In this document: positions 28,345 to 40,852 of the stretch, one piece after another
Numbering within the stretch: position 1 is the stretch's first letter
Layout of the letters: every line of letters starts with the position of its first letter
Assembly: GCA_002633005.1 (NCBI GenBank)
Contig: NMRA01000025.1
Coordinates: forward strand, 875,390-939,389
DNA: 64,000 bases
DNA from: Phoronis australis
Lineage: Eukaryota > Animalia > Phoronida
Direction: 5' to 3'
Program-made: the position numbers and the translations under genes
The notes under the pieces: model-generated
Told to the model about the DNA's origin: nothing
Databases searched by the model: none
The model's input: the letters and a program-made list of their open reading frames with translations, nothing else

Positions 28345-29400
28345 TCTTCATAAAAACAATCTATTCCCAAGTTTGGAGCGCATTGTAAAAAGGCTGATGT
28401 CCGATGTTGTCGGCAACTTGTTGGTACTTTGTTGATTGAAAGGTTCAGCACCGTTCATTAACTGCACAGGAATTTGCACTTCGTTGACAGGCCGCGTTAT
28501 CACCACGGTTTGTATCTGTAGTTGGATTATTTGTCGTACCAGCATCTGAATCAATGTCTGTATTTGGCTGAGCAAAATCCCGAAATTACTCCCCCCGGAA
28601 ACACAAACTTTTGGGATAGACACAGTGAAGAGTTGTAACGGCTTGCCAGTTTTTCACAGGGTGCAATCATAAATATTGGACCACCCAAACAAACTCGGCG
28701 AAAGCGTTTTTATTCATATGTATGTTGAGCTGCTGGTAACACCGATCTGTGTCACGGGACGCGCAGAATATTGAAAAATGCACTTTTTGGGCATTAAATT
28801 CCTCATTTCTGAAATTACTGATGGCCTATTTCTTTGAGCGACTGCCGACCAGCCGTTAATATTGAGAGAAGTGGTCATCATTTCAAGCTTTTTTTAAATT
28901 TTGCCAACACAACACTTTCTTAATTCTGGCCGATCCCCTTGAACCCGTCCAAAATAACATTCTTGCCGTCCAACAGAAGGCCGCTGCATAAACCCTTGCT
29001 TGGGAGTCCGATTATTTTACACTTTGAAACGTACAGTTGTATATTTTAACGAATAAAATCTTTTAATGTGTATGACGTGACTTCCGTGTGTAACGCGGAG
29101 TCGTATATAGCTCTTCTAAATTACAAACTCTGAACTGAATGTCTCGTGGTCTAGAGGTTTAGAGCAAATTTGCTACGTCATATGACCAAGGTACGATACC
29201 CGATGTCATCAGCAAAGTTTTTGAGTAACAAATTTGTATTGAATGAAACAAAAATTATGAACTTGTTGAATCAAATAATCGTGGAGAGCGGAAAAAGATT
29301 AGAAAATTAATAAACGTAGAGACCTGAATAAGCATCGTATAGACCGGAAAACGAGTCTGAAAAAATAATCGTATAGATACGGCTATTCGAAACTCGAGAG
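28345..29400 (-). mobile_element. Partial inverted copy of the TA-flanked TIR element at 3637
   Basis: Ends ...ggctattcgaaactcgagag|TA; colinear reverse-complement match to about 3637-4680. Confidence 0.8.
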
Positions 29401-29639
29401 TATCTTGTATTTGATCTTGACATCATGAGCTACTCTTTGTTGAAGCACAACGAACACTCAGTTTTTGGCAGACATTTCCAATGTCTGACCACATGTTAAG
29501 TCGCAGTAAATCACCATCAGTAAATGCCGGATTTCGCAGTAGTCCAGAGATAAAAGCCAGCAACCCGTGGTACCACGAGTATAAACAATGTTGTTTTGCA
29601 TAATAAGAGTTTAATTACATTCAAACTGATACTAATTTA

Positions 29640-30650
29640 TTTGCTGGGTGCATACTAATTGATCTGTCTAAGGCTTTTGATTGCCTCCCCCATGAGCTCC
29701 TTGTTGTCAAACTAAAAGCCTATGGCTGCACATTGAATACCTGTAACCTCATAATGTCCTATCTCAGTGATAGAAGGATGAGAGTTAAAATTGGCTCCAC
29801 TGTCAGTGACTGGTTAAATGTCCCCAAGGGCGTTCCTCAAAGGTCTGTTTTAGGCCCCATGTTATTCAACATTTCTATCAAAGATATATTTTACGCTATA
29901 AGTGGTCACTGTAAGTTATATAATTCCGCTGATGACAATACCCTATTGCAAGCAGGCTCCTCTTTATCTGCAGTCCGCCTCAGCCTCAAGGTAGCTGGGC
30001 AGATGGCAATGGATTGGTTCTCCTCTAATGGAATGGGTGTAAACCCTGGTAAATTTAAGTCAATCATCTTTTCTAGGAATCGTGTACATAATAATGATAG
30101 GTATCTCATGTCTGGTGATACTATGATTTAGTGTGAAGAGTCCGTTAAGCTGCTAGGCCTCCAACTTGATAGCCAGTTAAAATTCCATGAGCACGTTGAT
30201 GTTATTTGCAAAAAACTTCTAGACAAATGAATGCCTTGTTCCGTCTTCGTAATGTTTTAGGCATTAACAGTAAGCTTAGGTGAAAACTCTCTCTATGTGA
30301 AACGCTTTAATACGATGACCTACGGATGTAACTCAATCTCCTATAAAGGTACTTTGCTATGGAACTCTTTGCCATCAGTAATGAGACAATGTACTGCCTT
30401 AAATGAATTTGCCACTCTTGCTCATGATTTTTTCTCTGAGATTGACTTTTGTGAAAACTGATACGGATGTCTACACGCTCTGTAACATATATGTGTACTT
30501 TTGTATTTATATTTATGTTTAAGTTATTATTTTAGTTCTGTATCTTCAATTTGTAGATTATAAATTTGTCAGATAATAGCCCTTGTGCTAACGTTTCATT
30601 GTTAAATCTCACGTACTTTTAAATAAAGATTATTACTACTACTACAACTA
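29640..30650 (+). mobile_element. 5'-truncated, decayed CR1/L2-type non-LTR retrotransposon (RT fragment plus 3' tail)
   Basis: LIDLSKAFDCLPHELL..KLKAYG, KGVPQRSVLGPMLFN, SADD (degenerate YADD), KLLGLQLDSQLKF..HV; stops and frameshifts; ends AATAAA plus (TAC)n tail. Confidence 0.9.
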
Positions 30651-30959
30651 TGCAGAGGGCACTCAAATAACATTCATAGGCACGCAAAAACAGAGCTCCG
30701 GAATAATGAATTGCGTTGGGAGTGTCTGCCAAGAACCCGTATGCTTGAAGGTGGTCTGCCATAAATGTATTAGGCTACAAAATAAGATCCATGAATTTGT
30801 GATTTTGGAGAATCACCACTCGACGGCAACTTGAATTGATCAAATGAAAGAAGCAAAGACAGTATTCAAAGACTTGTTCGATGCTAGTTTCGTATAGTTC
30901 CATGCATATTTGAGTAGAAAATTCTAAGCAAACAGATTTTGAGTGTCCAACCTTTATGT

Positions 30960-31485
30960 TTTCTTAATATTGAGTGACGTCAGTAGTGATCGAGGAACAG
31001 ATAAACTCAAGCGCCTGTGGCTGGGTGGGTCCGCCTATCTCTTCTGTGACTTCACTTAGTCTTTGGTTGGCTGCTTGACAAAGCGTATGATAAAAAGTAC
31101 AAATCTTCTACTAAATTTTCTCAGTAAAGCCGAAAGTAAGGTACAGTGTCGCACACTAAGCTACGCATCAGTTTCCAAACCACAAATAATGCTACTATCT
31201 ACAATCACAAACCTTTTTGAAACATTTCTTCCAGCAATAAAAAATTTCAGCACAACTAAAATCCAAAAATGGCGCGTCGAGTCTACGCGATAAAACGCGA
31301 GAAACTTCGTAAAATTTATATTTGCCGTGTAAATTTTCTATGAAATTTCGATGCAGTTGTAATTTTCAATCACGTGTACAACAGAGATACATTCAACAGT
31401 CGTTGTTTGTTTTTATAACAGTGAAGTACCTAATGTTTAAAAGTAAAATTATATAATTAATTTTTATTAGTCGTTGGGACCCAAG
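30960..31485. promoter_or_regulatory. Putative bidirectional promoter region for CKS1 (-) and SDHC (+)
   Basis: The main non-repeat stretch between the divergent genes; CRE palindrome TGACGTCA (30975), GC-box-like element, YY1-like AAAATGGCG and E2F-like CGCGAGAAA near 31265-31305. Confidence 0.5.
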
Positions 31486-34400
31486 ATGTCGCTGTTATTG
31501 AGGTAACCTTGAAATTTACGTTTATTTTTCTCACATTTTGGTCGTCACGAAGTTAAATGTCCTTAAAATCCCTTGCAAATAAGCAAATATTTCTTACTGT
31601 GTTTTAATTAGAAGACGTTAGGACTTGGAAAATACAGCAGGGTTTTCGATACCTCGATATTTGGGGCCGAAAATCTGCTCCATTTCTCCACTCCACCTAG
31701 GCAATGACCATCGCCTCTGTTGGCCAGAACCAGAGGCGATGCAGAGGCTATAGGCGCTCTGTACGCCGGAAGCTTTTCGGCGAATTATGCCTCGCACCGA
31801 CTAAACCATCGGGGGGCACGAATTCAGGTTCCGCTTTGGCCACAGCACCGTCAGGGCAGAAGTTGTACATTGACAATCATTATTTGAGTAATGTAAATGT
31901 AAATATAGATTCCCCTAACACCTGCCCGTGAGATGGAAATCGAGTTGTTTCACAACAGTTTCTGCCAGTCAGAGAGCAAACACTAAATTAGCATGAGCTC
32001 ACACGGCCTCGGTGTCCCGTCAATTAGTTTCATTGCACCTAAAGCCGGTAACGCAGTGATTCATTCATTGCTGGGTTTTCAAATCATTTGCACTCACGAA
32101 CTCTCCAAAGGCATTACAAATTGCATCTAATGAGACAGACTTCAGTTTTTTATAAGTATTGGTTAGGGTGAGAATAATTCATTTTGAAACAGAACGCTAA
32201 GTAATAAACGCCAACATGGCAACTCGCAATCTCGAGTTAGGACGAGCTAGAGCTCATCAGTCCCGACTTCGCAGGTGGATCGTTAAGTTTTACAAGCTAT
32301 CAATTCGAACAGGAATACAGTGATGAAGAAATACTAGAGAGGCACCATGAACAAGCTCAGACAACGGAACGTATAGTTATTTGGTAAGCTGACCATTCCG
32401 GCGTCAGGCACTGTCGACGTCTGCAGGCCACAGACACGGAGATGTTTCACGGCCTCATACTTGCTATTTACAGCATACATTTCATTCTTCACTACCATGA
32501 GCCACTTCCTAAGCATTTCGGACTCTCGAGGAAGTAAAAAAATGATATACCCGCTTTCCTCGCAGCTGCTTAGTTCGGACAAGCGGTAGCGATGCACCGC
32601 AACATAGCGGCATTCACTCTGTGTATGAACCATTGACGTCGCTAGCGTCGATTCTGACCTTCCTCACAAGTTAACGCGACACCTCTTGGCAAGGTAAGGT
32701 CGACCGTATGCGAGGCAATGTGGATATAGACCGATTAAGATGGCAAGAAGACTAATTAAATCAGGTGGCATTCTCCTTTAAAGTTACCCTAACCCTGACC
32801 ATTTTTCCAAAGCTATTGCTAGGGGGCATGTCAACATGACCTCAAGCTTTTAACCAGGTCAAAATTTATAGCTGGTGGTGCTAGGAGTGAAGCTGAAGTC
32901 CCTACTCTCGAGTTCTGAATAGTTGTAGAGACAGCAACAATAGTATAGACGGGAAATTTCACGATTTGTAATATTGGTAGAGACTGGAATAATAGTATAC
33001 ACCCGACATTTTTTCCACTGGAAAAGTAGAATAATGGTACAGACAGGAAATTTGCGGAAAAATGGATAATAGAATAGACTGGAATAATGGTATAGACGGT
33101 AAATTTGTGAAAATTTAAAAATAGTATTGAGCGGATTAATGATATTGATTACAAATTTGAGTAAAATCTAAATCATATAGATGGGTTTAATAGTGCAAAA
33201 CAGCAAATTCTAGGGAATAATGGTAAAGATGGCAACTTTGTGGAAATTCAAATATAGTATAGACTGGAATAGTACTTTTGATTACAAATTTGTGTAAAAT
33301 CTAATAACGATGTAGATGGGAATAATATTGCAAAGCAGCAAATTCTGTCTTACTTTGCACCATTTTAAGCAATTATTTTAAAGAAAAACCTTTAAACTGA
33401 GCATTAGCATTAATTGATTCGTTGTTCAGTTTTCGTAAAAAATTGACCAAATATGGGAGTTAATGCGAGTGTTGGCGGTCCTATCGTCGGTACTGCCGCA
33501 GTTACAGCACCATGCAGTGGTGTATCCACCCAATGTAACAACACAGTACAGTGAAGTGGAATAAAAGTGTCAACTCATTGATGAAACGAAAACCAATTCG
33601 GTTATTAAATAATTTTAAATGGAAGCCTGTACAGATGTGTTTGAAACAGAATGTGGTATCATTTTACTCCAAAAAGAATGTGACGTTCATACTAAATGCC
33701 AGTGTCGACGAAGTCCAAAAACTATAACACGAAGGTAAAGATTTCAGCAGCAATGTCCTGTCTTCCATGAACCCGACATTCTGTCTAAAGAGTCCAGATT
33801 AAGGGAGTCGCATTTTTATCATAAACATGATACATGTTCCTGACAGTTGAGGCTATGTTTTCACTCAATCTCATATATTGCACAAGTGTTCATAGTCAAT
33901 ACCCTTGTTAGTCTGAAATCCAAAATTTTAGACTACCAGAATTCTTGCTGAAATTGCACAACATAGAAAGTCCAAGACTTCGTCCATCATCCTGAATATC
34001 TAATTAAGTAAAGTCAACAAACCGATTCATGTGCGTTTCCATTTACGTTGACAGGAGAGCAAGTAGAAGCAATTTCTATAAAGATTGGATTGTCTATTGT
34101 TAGCAACTATGCCATTTTCAGGATTGTCGCAAATCAATTCTTTTTAAAAACCATCTATTCTCAAATTTGGAGCGAATTTTTAAAATGCCGATGTCCGATG
34201 TTGTTGGCAACTTGTCGGTACTTTGATTGAAAGGTTCACCGTTCATTGCACAGGTATTTGCGTTTCGTTCACTTGCCGTGTTGTTACCACGTTCCGTATC
34301 TGTAGCTGGATTATTTGTCGTACCAGCATCTGAGTCAACATCTGTGTCTGGAACATGTCTTGTGAAAGTATCCCTGGACTCCTTTAGGTCATTGCAGATG

Positions 34401-37400
34401 ACATGACTAAGTATGTAGAATGCGCATGTCAATCACACGGAAACCACAGCCGACACTGGCTGTGCAAAATCCCAGAATTACTCCTCCCCAAAACCACAAA
34501 CGTCGGTCTCTACAGACTCATTGAAGAGTTATAACAGTTTGCCACTTTTTCACAGGGTGTAATCCTAAATATTGGATCAGCCAAAGAACATCCAATAAAA
34601 GTCGTCAAAAGTCTTTCTATTCATAGTTATGTTGGGCTGCCGGTAGCACCGACTTGTGTCACGAGGCGTGCGGAATAGGCCTACTGAAAAATGCGCTAAG
34701 GAAAGCACTTTTTGCACAGTAAATTTCTTATTTATGAAATGACTGATGGCCTATTTGTTTGAGTGACTGCCGATAATATTGAGAAGGTGGTCATCATTTC
34801 AAGCTTTTTTAAATTTTGCCCCCTCTTTTTTAATTCTCACCATCCCGTTGAAGCCATGTGAAATAACATTGTGTGATGTTGTAATCACTGTTATCTGGAC
34901 TTAGTAGCACATTTTTGTCACTATGTGGCCACTCGTTTACATCACATTTAAAGCTAGTAAACGTGACAAAGTTTCACGGATAGCTCAAAACTGTCTGAAC
35001 TATTAGGTTGGCTTAGTTGACTTTTAGAATTTAGTTTGGAATGTTTGCATGCCACTTTCTCACAGTTCTCAATGTTGATGGCGATGGTGCTGCAGCTTAA
35101 CAGATTTTGTCTGACATTACAAGTAGTGCATACCTACCGTGCGTAGAATAAAAGATCGTCTTTATTTAAACTGAAACAAAATCAATTGTTATAAACATTG
35201 AATTAGACGCTCATAACAAATTGCCTGATGTATTAATCTTCAAATAAATTAGCAGCATTTTAATTAAAATATTTCTGAAATAAATTTTTTTGTCACGTGT
35301 TGTTTTCAGTTCCGTCAACGGCTGCATATTGTTTCGTTGTGTCATCCAAGATGTTTTTCTGGTGAAACAGATGGAAATTAGGTGGATAGTCTACCCCAAA
35401 ATTGAGACATCAAAGGCCCTGATGACAAAGTGCGGTTCGCGGGCCAGGAAAGCTGTCCTGTGTTGTAATGAGAAGAATAGAATTTGACAATAGTTACTTT
35501 TTTAGTGGTCCTTGAATTTTCTAAATTATTTTCATACACAGGTGTTGTTCAACACAGGACATATCTGCACATGACAAACTACTTGTCATGTGACTTCAAG
35601 CCCGGTTAAATGGCCCGGTTGCTAGAGGTCACCTCCAATTGCTTACTAAAAGCATTATACTCCTGTTGAAAATGAGCAGGGAGACTTCATGCATGTGTAT
35701 TATGTTCATTCCTTCACACCCTCTTCCGGAAGTGACGGAGACCTCTCTTGGTCTGCAGTATTTACCCACAATTCCACAGGTCTGCAGTTACGGTAGCAAT
35801 TTGACACTGGTAATTTAAGAATTACTTTGGTGGTTCAATAAAAATGAGAACATAAAATTTCAATTATGTGCCATGTTTTGTCTCCTAAGTTGGTGAAATT
35901 CTACAATTTTCAACTGGTAAATTGTACATTTAGATCTGAAACCATGGAATTGAGGTAGTTGTAGTAGAACAAATAGTGTTGAACAAGGGTATTTCCAGTT
36001 CTAACAGGTAGTGTTTTATAGTACCGTGTGATTGTATCACTGAAGTGATGTCAGCCTACATTAAAATGATTATTTTATTCTCGTTTATTTCAGGACGCTC
36101 ATGCGACAGACTGCCATTAGGCAGGCCAGTCCGTTATTAAATAAATGGTAAGGAATGTACATTTTGATTTAGTGATGCATATAATGTATATTGATGTGTG
36201 TGTTCATTAGCAACTGGGCTGTCTTAAGTTGTGGACTTCCAAACGCCTCGTTTGTGAGGCAGTCTTTTCAATTTGAGTAATGTGCACTGCTAAATTTCCA
36301 GTGATTCATAAAACACAACACTGGAACGGTATGGTAACTCAGGATCATTTGTGATGTACATTTATTATGAAGTGAAAAACTAATCTTTGCTGTGTCTATT
36401 AATGTGTATTGCTGACTGTGAAACACTAATCTTTGCTGTGTCTATTTATGTGTATTGCTGTGTCTATTTATGTGTATTGCTGTGTCTATTTATGTGTATT
36501 GCTGTGTCTATTTATGTGTATTGCTGTGTCTATTTATGTGTATTGCTGTGTCTATTTATGTGTATTGCTGACTGTAGAGAAGTAGTGTAGTAAGATCACT
36601 GCCACATGGCAGTAGTAACGCTGGACATAGCCTTGGTACAAAGCTGTATACTAAATATACAGCTTTTCACTGCCACATGGCAGTAGTAACGCTGGACCTA
36701 GCCTTGGTACAAAGCTGTATACTAAATATACAGCTTTTCACTGCCACATGGCAGTAGTAACGCTGGACCTAGCCTTGGTACAAAGCTGTATACTAAATAT
36801 ACAGCTTTTCACTGCCACATGGCAGTAGAAACGCTGGACCTAGCCTTGGTACAAAGCTGTATACTAAATATACAGCTTTTCACTGCCACATGGCAGTAGT
36901 AACGCTGGACCTAGCCTTGGTACAAAGCTGTATACTAAATATACAGCTTTGCACCGATGTAGGTAAAAAAGTGGTAAAATAAAATATGACACAAAATTGG
37001 TGCCATTAAAAACTATAGTCTTCCTTGAGCTAACTAAATTATTTAACGGCGTTCTATCGTTATTCTGCTGCTTAAGTTGTGGAGCGATCTTTAGCGATGG
37101 CTTTCGGTGCCATGAAATATTGCATCACCTATTAGCCAGTTTCCTTTTTCGCCGATTCTTCAATAAACTGTTCTTCTTCCACAAGGATGCGTACATTTCA
37201 CAACAAATTATCATTTCGTTTAGTTACTAGTTTTTAGAATTTTGATACCGAAAAACCGAATTTCAGATGAAATTTTGTTGCTGCCAAGCTATCATCATGT
37301 CCCTAGAGATGTCGCAAAAATTTAGGAAATTGCACGTGCGCGTGTCACGAGCGTATTGTTTTTGAAATGACATAACTTTTCTTTGTTAGAAAAAGTGGAG

Positions 37401-40400
37401 GATTACACTAGAAAATGATGTTTGTTGCATTGTTTTTTACTTTAACGGCTGTAATGGGCAAGGTGTCGGTTGACTCTCAGATTTCGCATGCACCCCGTCC
37501 GGTCTTTAGCTCTACGTGTTGATACAGATTTCACGGCGAGGTGACGAGCATAACTACCCTGGCTGTGTGCAATTTCAGGGTCTAAGGTAGAAAAACAGTG
37601 GTACCTTACCTAGCTGTATTTTAATGATAGTCTTCATACAGCTAGCTAGCTGGCTACTCTGGTCCCTGCTTTATGACAGTAGTAACTCTGTTGACATGCC
37701 AGTTCACTTATTTCCGAGTCACAGTCTTCCCTAATGACACAATGCATAGCAGTCGTCATGTCACTTTCAGGGCCATATGAACATTTTTCCTTCAAATATT
37801 GGTTTGGTCCCCCTTGCTACATCGTGGATCTGGTGATGCACATATTAAGTGATGCTTTCGTTTGAATAGAGTGAATACAATGTCTTTTGTGTTTGAAGCC
37901 AACTGCCTTATTCACTCTCTCCATCTTTTCTAATCTCTAGGACCTTGTCTTGTTCAATGTATCAGCAACTGTGTTTTTCAGCTTGCCAATGAGTACAATA
38001 ACACCACAGCAGGAGATGAAACGATTCTGGATCAAGAATGAAACGATCAAGAGGCCAAAGTCACCCCACCTCACTATCTGGGCGTAAGTATCTTTGTTCG
38101 AACTGTAGTTAAGTGTCTTTGTTTCTACATTGAACTGTAGTTAAGTGTCTTTGTTTCTACATTGAACTGTAGTTAAGTGTCTTTGTTTCTACATTGAACT
38201 GTAGTTAAGTGCCTGGCATGCATTTGATTATCCCAGTAAAACAAATTGTTTGTTTTAATGATGTCTAAGTCTAAATTTTCACATTTTCATCAGAATTTGA
38301 GAGAGCAAAGATTTTGATATACGTCAGATGCAACACTAAGTAGACTCAACTTGATGATTAGTTCATGCCACAAATGTTAATATTGGACAGTCACTGATAC
38401 CATTTTTAATATGCTAAAAGCAATAATGCCTCGTTCTTATTTCAACATAAACTTGTTTTTTCAATCACATTTAGTTTTTTACAAAACTGTGTTCAGTTGG
38501 CTGTTACCCAAGAATCAGAAATTGAGTCTTCATAATTTTTTCTTATGCTGTTTATTGAAAATTAATTACAGGCACTCAGGTACACACCAGATGTGTGCAG
38601 GCACTCAGGTACACACCAGATGTGTGCAGGCACTCAGGTACACACCAGATGTGTGCAGGCCGCTGAGGTGGGCCCACTGTATTGATCACCTGAACCATTT
38701 TCATGCTTTATTAATAAATAGATAAAACTGAACTGAGGATCTTGAGACCTGACTCAAGGGTCTAACAGTGTGACCCAATGGGACTCGAACCTACCTTGAG
38801 TAAAGGAAGCCGACACTTACCAACTAAGTCATAAGTAAAAATATTGAGCAAAGATCCTTTGCTCAATATTTTTGTCATTCAAATGGAACCCAGCAATATA
38901 CATAGGTCATAAGTGTCTTCTTTGCTGTTCTTTGGGTCCAACATTGTTTTTTTCAGTTCTTGCATTTTAATTTTCCTGTATATTATTTCCAGGTGGCAGT
39001 TACCCATGAATCTATCCTTGTTTCACCGAGTTACAGGGATGGCTATGGCAGTGGGTGAGTCAGACGAGGAAATAACTGGTGTTAAGCACAACACGAGAAT
39101 TGTTATTCAGTTACGATTACATGTAGTCAATCCAGCACTTGAGTTCAATTGAATTTCGTTGGGAATTTGTATGTTAATGGAAGTGTGAACATTCTAGTGT
39201 CTGTTATATTACTGTTGTATTACTGTAATATTACTGTAATATTACTGTTGTATTACATTATTTCAGGTGTATATGGGTTTGCCTGGGGAACGCTAGCTCT
39301 ACCCTGGGACTACACAACCATGCTGAATGCTGTTCGTGATCTTTCGTTCGTTGGGCCCGCTCTTATAACAACGACCAAATTCGTGCTGGCCTGGCCTGTT
39401 TGCTATCATTACTTTAACGGAATCCGCCATCTGGTAAGTCTTTTGGTGATCGGCCTGGGTTTTAGCGTCCATAAATATGCCTGCAAATGTTGTAAAACCT
39501 AAGAAAAATATTAATGACATGATATGTGAAGCTATTGTTTAATACCATCAGCACGTAAATTCTACAGTATGTGTTCAGTTGATGACATCCAAAGTGTGAG
39601 TCTATGGGTCGAGGGTGTCTCATCCAATTTTGCATACTCACTTAGTCAATTAAAGCTCTTATAGATATGTATTCTATCACAAAAACTAACTTTTGATTAA
39701 GACAACTTAAATCAAATTGGCCTTCAATTGTTCTTCAGTCAAATTAGAAGTAATTTCAGGACTTCAAAAGACCTGACTGTTCTTACCAAAATCAACTTGG
39801 TCTTCAATTTTCCTGTCAAATTAGAGGTGATTTCAGGTTTTCTTAAGATCTGGCAGTTCCTTATTACTCAAGACCAGGCTCTACGGCTTGTTATCAGGGT
39901 CAGTCATTTTCTCTGTTGAGCATGGTCTCATGGAATAACTAACTGTCAGTTGTTAGCAAGCCCAGAAACCCTTTCACAGAAGATTAAGTAACAAATTGAC
40001 ACCAGTTTTATAGCAGTAAGTGGTCTGAATCAAAAGCTTGATTTGACAGAACGCATGTTTGTAGCCGCTCAAGTATCAATACTTAATTATTTTTTAAAAT
40101 GTAAAATAATGATTTCTCGGTGCGGGTTCTTTGCCACAGTGGTCGCCCTTTAATCCTCTAGTCACATGGTCGAGCACTAAGAGCGTGAATGTTTCGCATG
40201 ACTCAGAGTTGTTGAATGTTGAGAGCGGTCTCTGGATTTGTACTGTATTCCTAGAATGTTCTGATGGTATTTTAAAAATATAATAGTGAGCAGTGTTTAT
40301 GGTAACTGTTAAAACGTGGTGCCCCACTCTGTTTTCCGTATGACTAATGGTCATACACCATTGAGCTCTCCTCTTTAGTGGAGGCAAAAAAATGCATTTG

Positions 40401-40852
40401 TAATACTGGCTTACATTTCACAATGTCTAGCACTCGTGGGTTGATTAACAAGGGAAGACCAATACATTCCATATACAGCTCTGATATTTACCTTTTTGCT
40501 AATATTTTGATGTCAGCGATGCGACTTAAAATGCAGTAATACAAGTTAGCATGTACTACAATTAAAGAATTGCTTAATAATTAGGGTATTAGCTAGTGAT
40601 GAAACTGAAGTAGTGCTTCACACGAGTTGCATTGTGGATAAATCCCTTAGAATGAAAGTGGTGCTGGGCTAGTTCAGGACCGAGCTATTGTCCTATTACC
40701 TGTAACCTGTTTATAATACACAATTTTCCTTGCCTTCCTTCCAGGCCTGGGATGCATGTTGGGGATTTGAACTGAAGACATTGTACAAGACAGGATACTT
40801 TGTATTGGCCCTGGCAACAATTACTGCCCTGGGAGTGGCTACACAGCTGTAA
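31486..40852 (+). CDS. SDHC: Succinate dehydrogenase cytochrome b560 subunit (SDHC/CybL), 6 coding exons
   Basis: Exons 31486-31502 (MSLLLR), 36094-36147, 37982-38083 (EMKRFWIKNETIKRPKSPHLTIW), 38993-39054 (WQLPMNLSLFHRVTG), 39267-39433 (KFVLAWPVCYHYFNGIRHL), 40745-40852 (AWDACWGF..TAA). Phases are compatible; heme-ligand GIRHL and SxxHR motifs are present. Confidence 0.96.
31810..32777 (-). mobile_element. Partial inverted copy of Kolobok-like element with THAP relic (SDHC intron 1)
   Basis: Ends ggtggcattctcct|TTAA. ORF 32334-32633 has FLLPRESEMLRKWLMVVK...HLRVCG, resembling the THAP core (P..W..vC). Confidence 0.75.
32905..34870 (-). mobile_element. Third, diverged copy of the TA-flanked TIR family
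   Basis: TA|CTCTCGAGTTCTGAATAG terminus; reverse-complement similarity to about 4100-5766. Confidence 0.75.
36430..36570. repeat. 22-bp minisatellite, about 6 copies
   Basis: Unit tgctgtgtctatttatgtgtat. Confidence 0.9.
36597..36950. repeat. 71-bp tandem repeat x5 with two internal hairpins
   Basis: Unit cactgccacatggcagtagtaacgctggacctagccttggtacaaagctgtatactaaatatacagctttt. Confidence 0.92.
37075..37566 (-). mobile_element. Inverted copy of the repeat at 1-505 (SDHC intron 2)
   Basis: Colinear reverse-complement similarity to the window start. Confidence 0.75.
38100..38210. repeat. 32-bp tandem repeat, about 3.5 copies
   Basis: Unit tgaactgtagttaagtgtctttgtttctacat. Confidence 0.88.
38570..38830 (-). 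mobile_element. tRNA-headed SINE-like element with 29-bp tandem tail (x3)
   Basis: Minus strand reads tgacttagttggtaagtgtcggcttcctttactcaaggtaggttcgagtccc (A/B-box-like); shares head and body with 58740-58878. Confidence 0.6.

Noticed and set aside
36597-36950. CRISPR-like array (palindromic repeats); likewise 3285-3490, 24995-25185, 57150-57400
   Set aside because: Units are head-to-tail with no unique spacers, there are no cas genes, and the context is a eukaryotic intron; these are minisatellites.
38780-38830. tRNA gene (also 58820-58878, 51350-51410)
   Set aside because: Only A/B-box-like remnants with no complete cloverleaf; the first two were treated as SINE heads, the third left uncalled.
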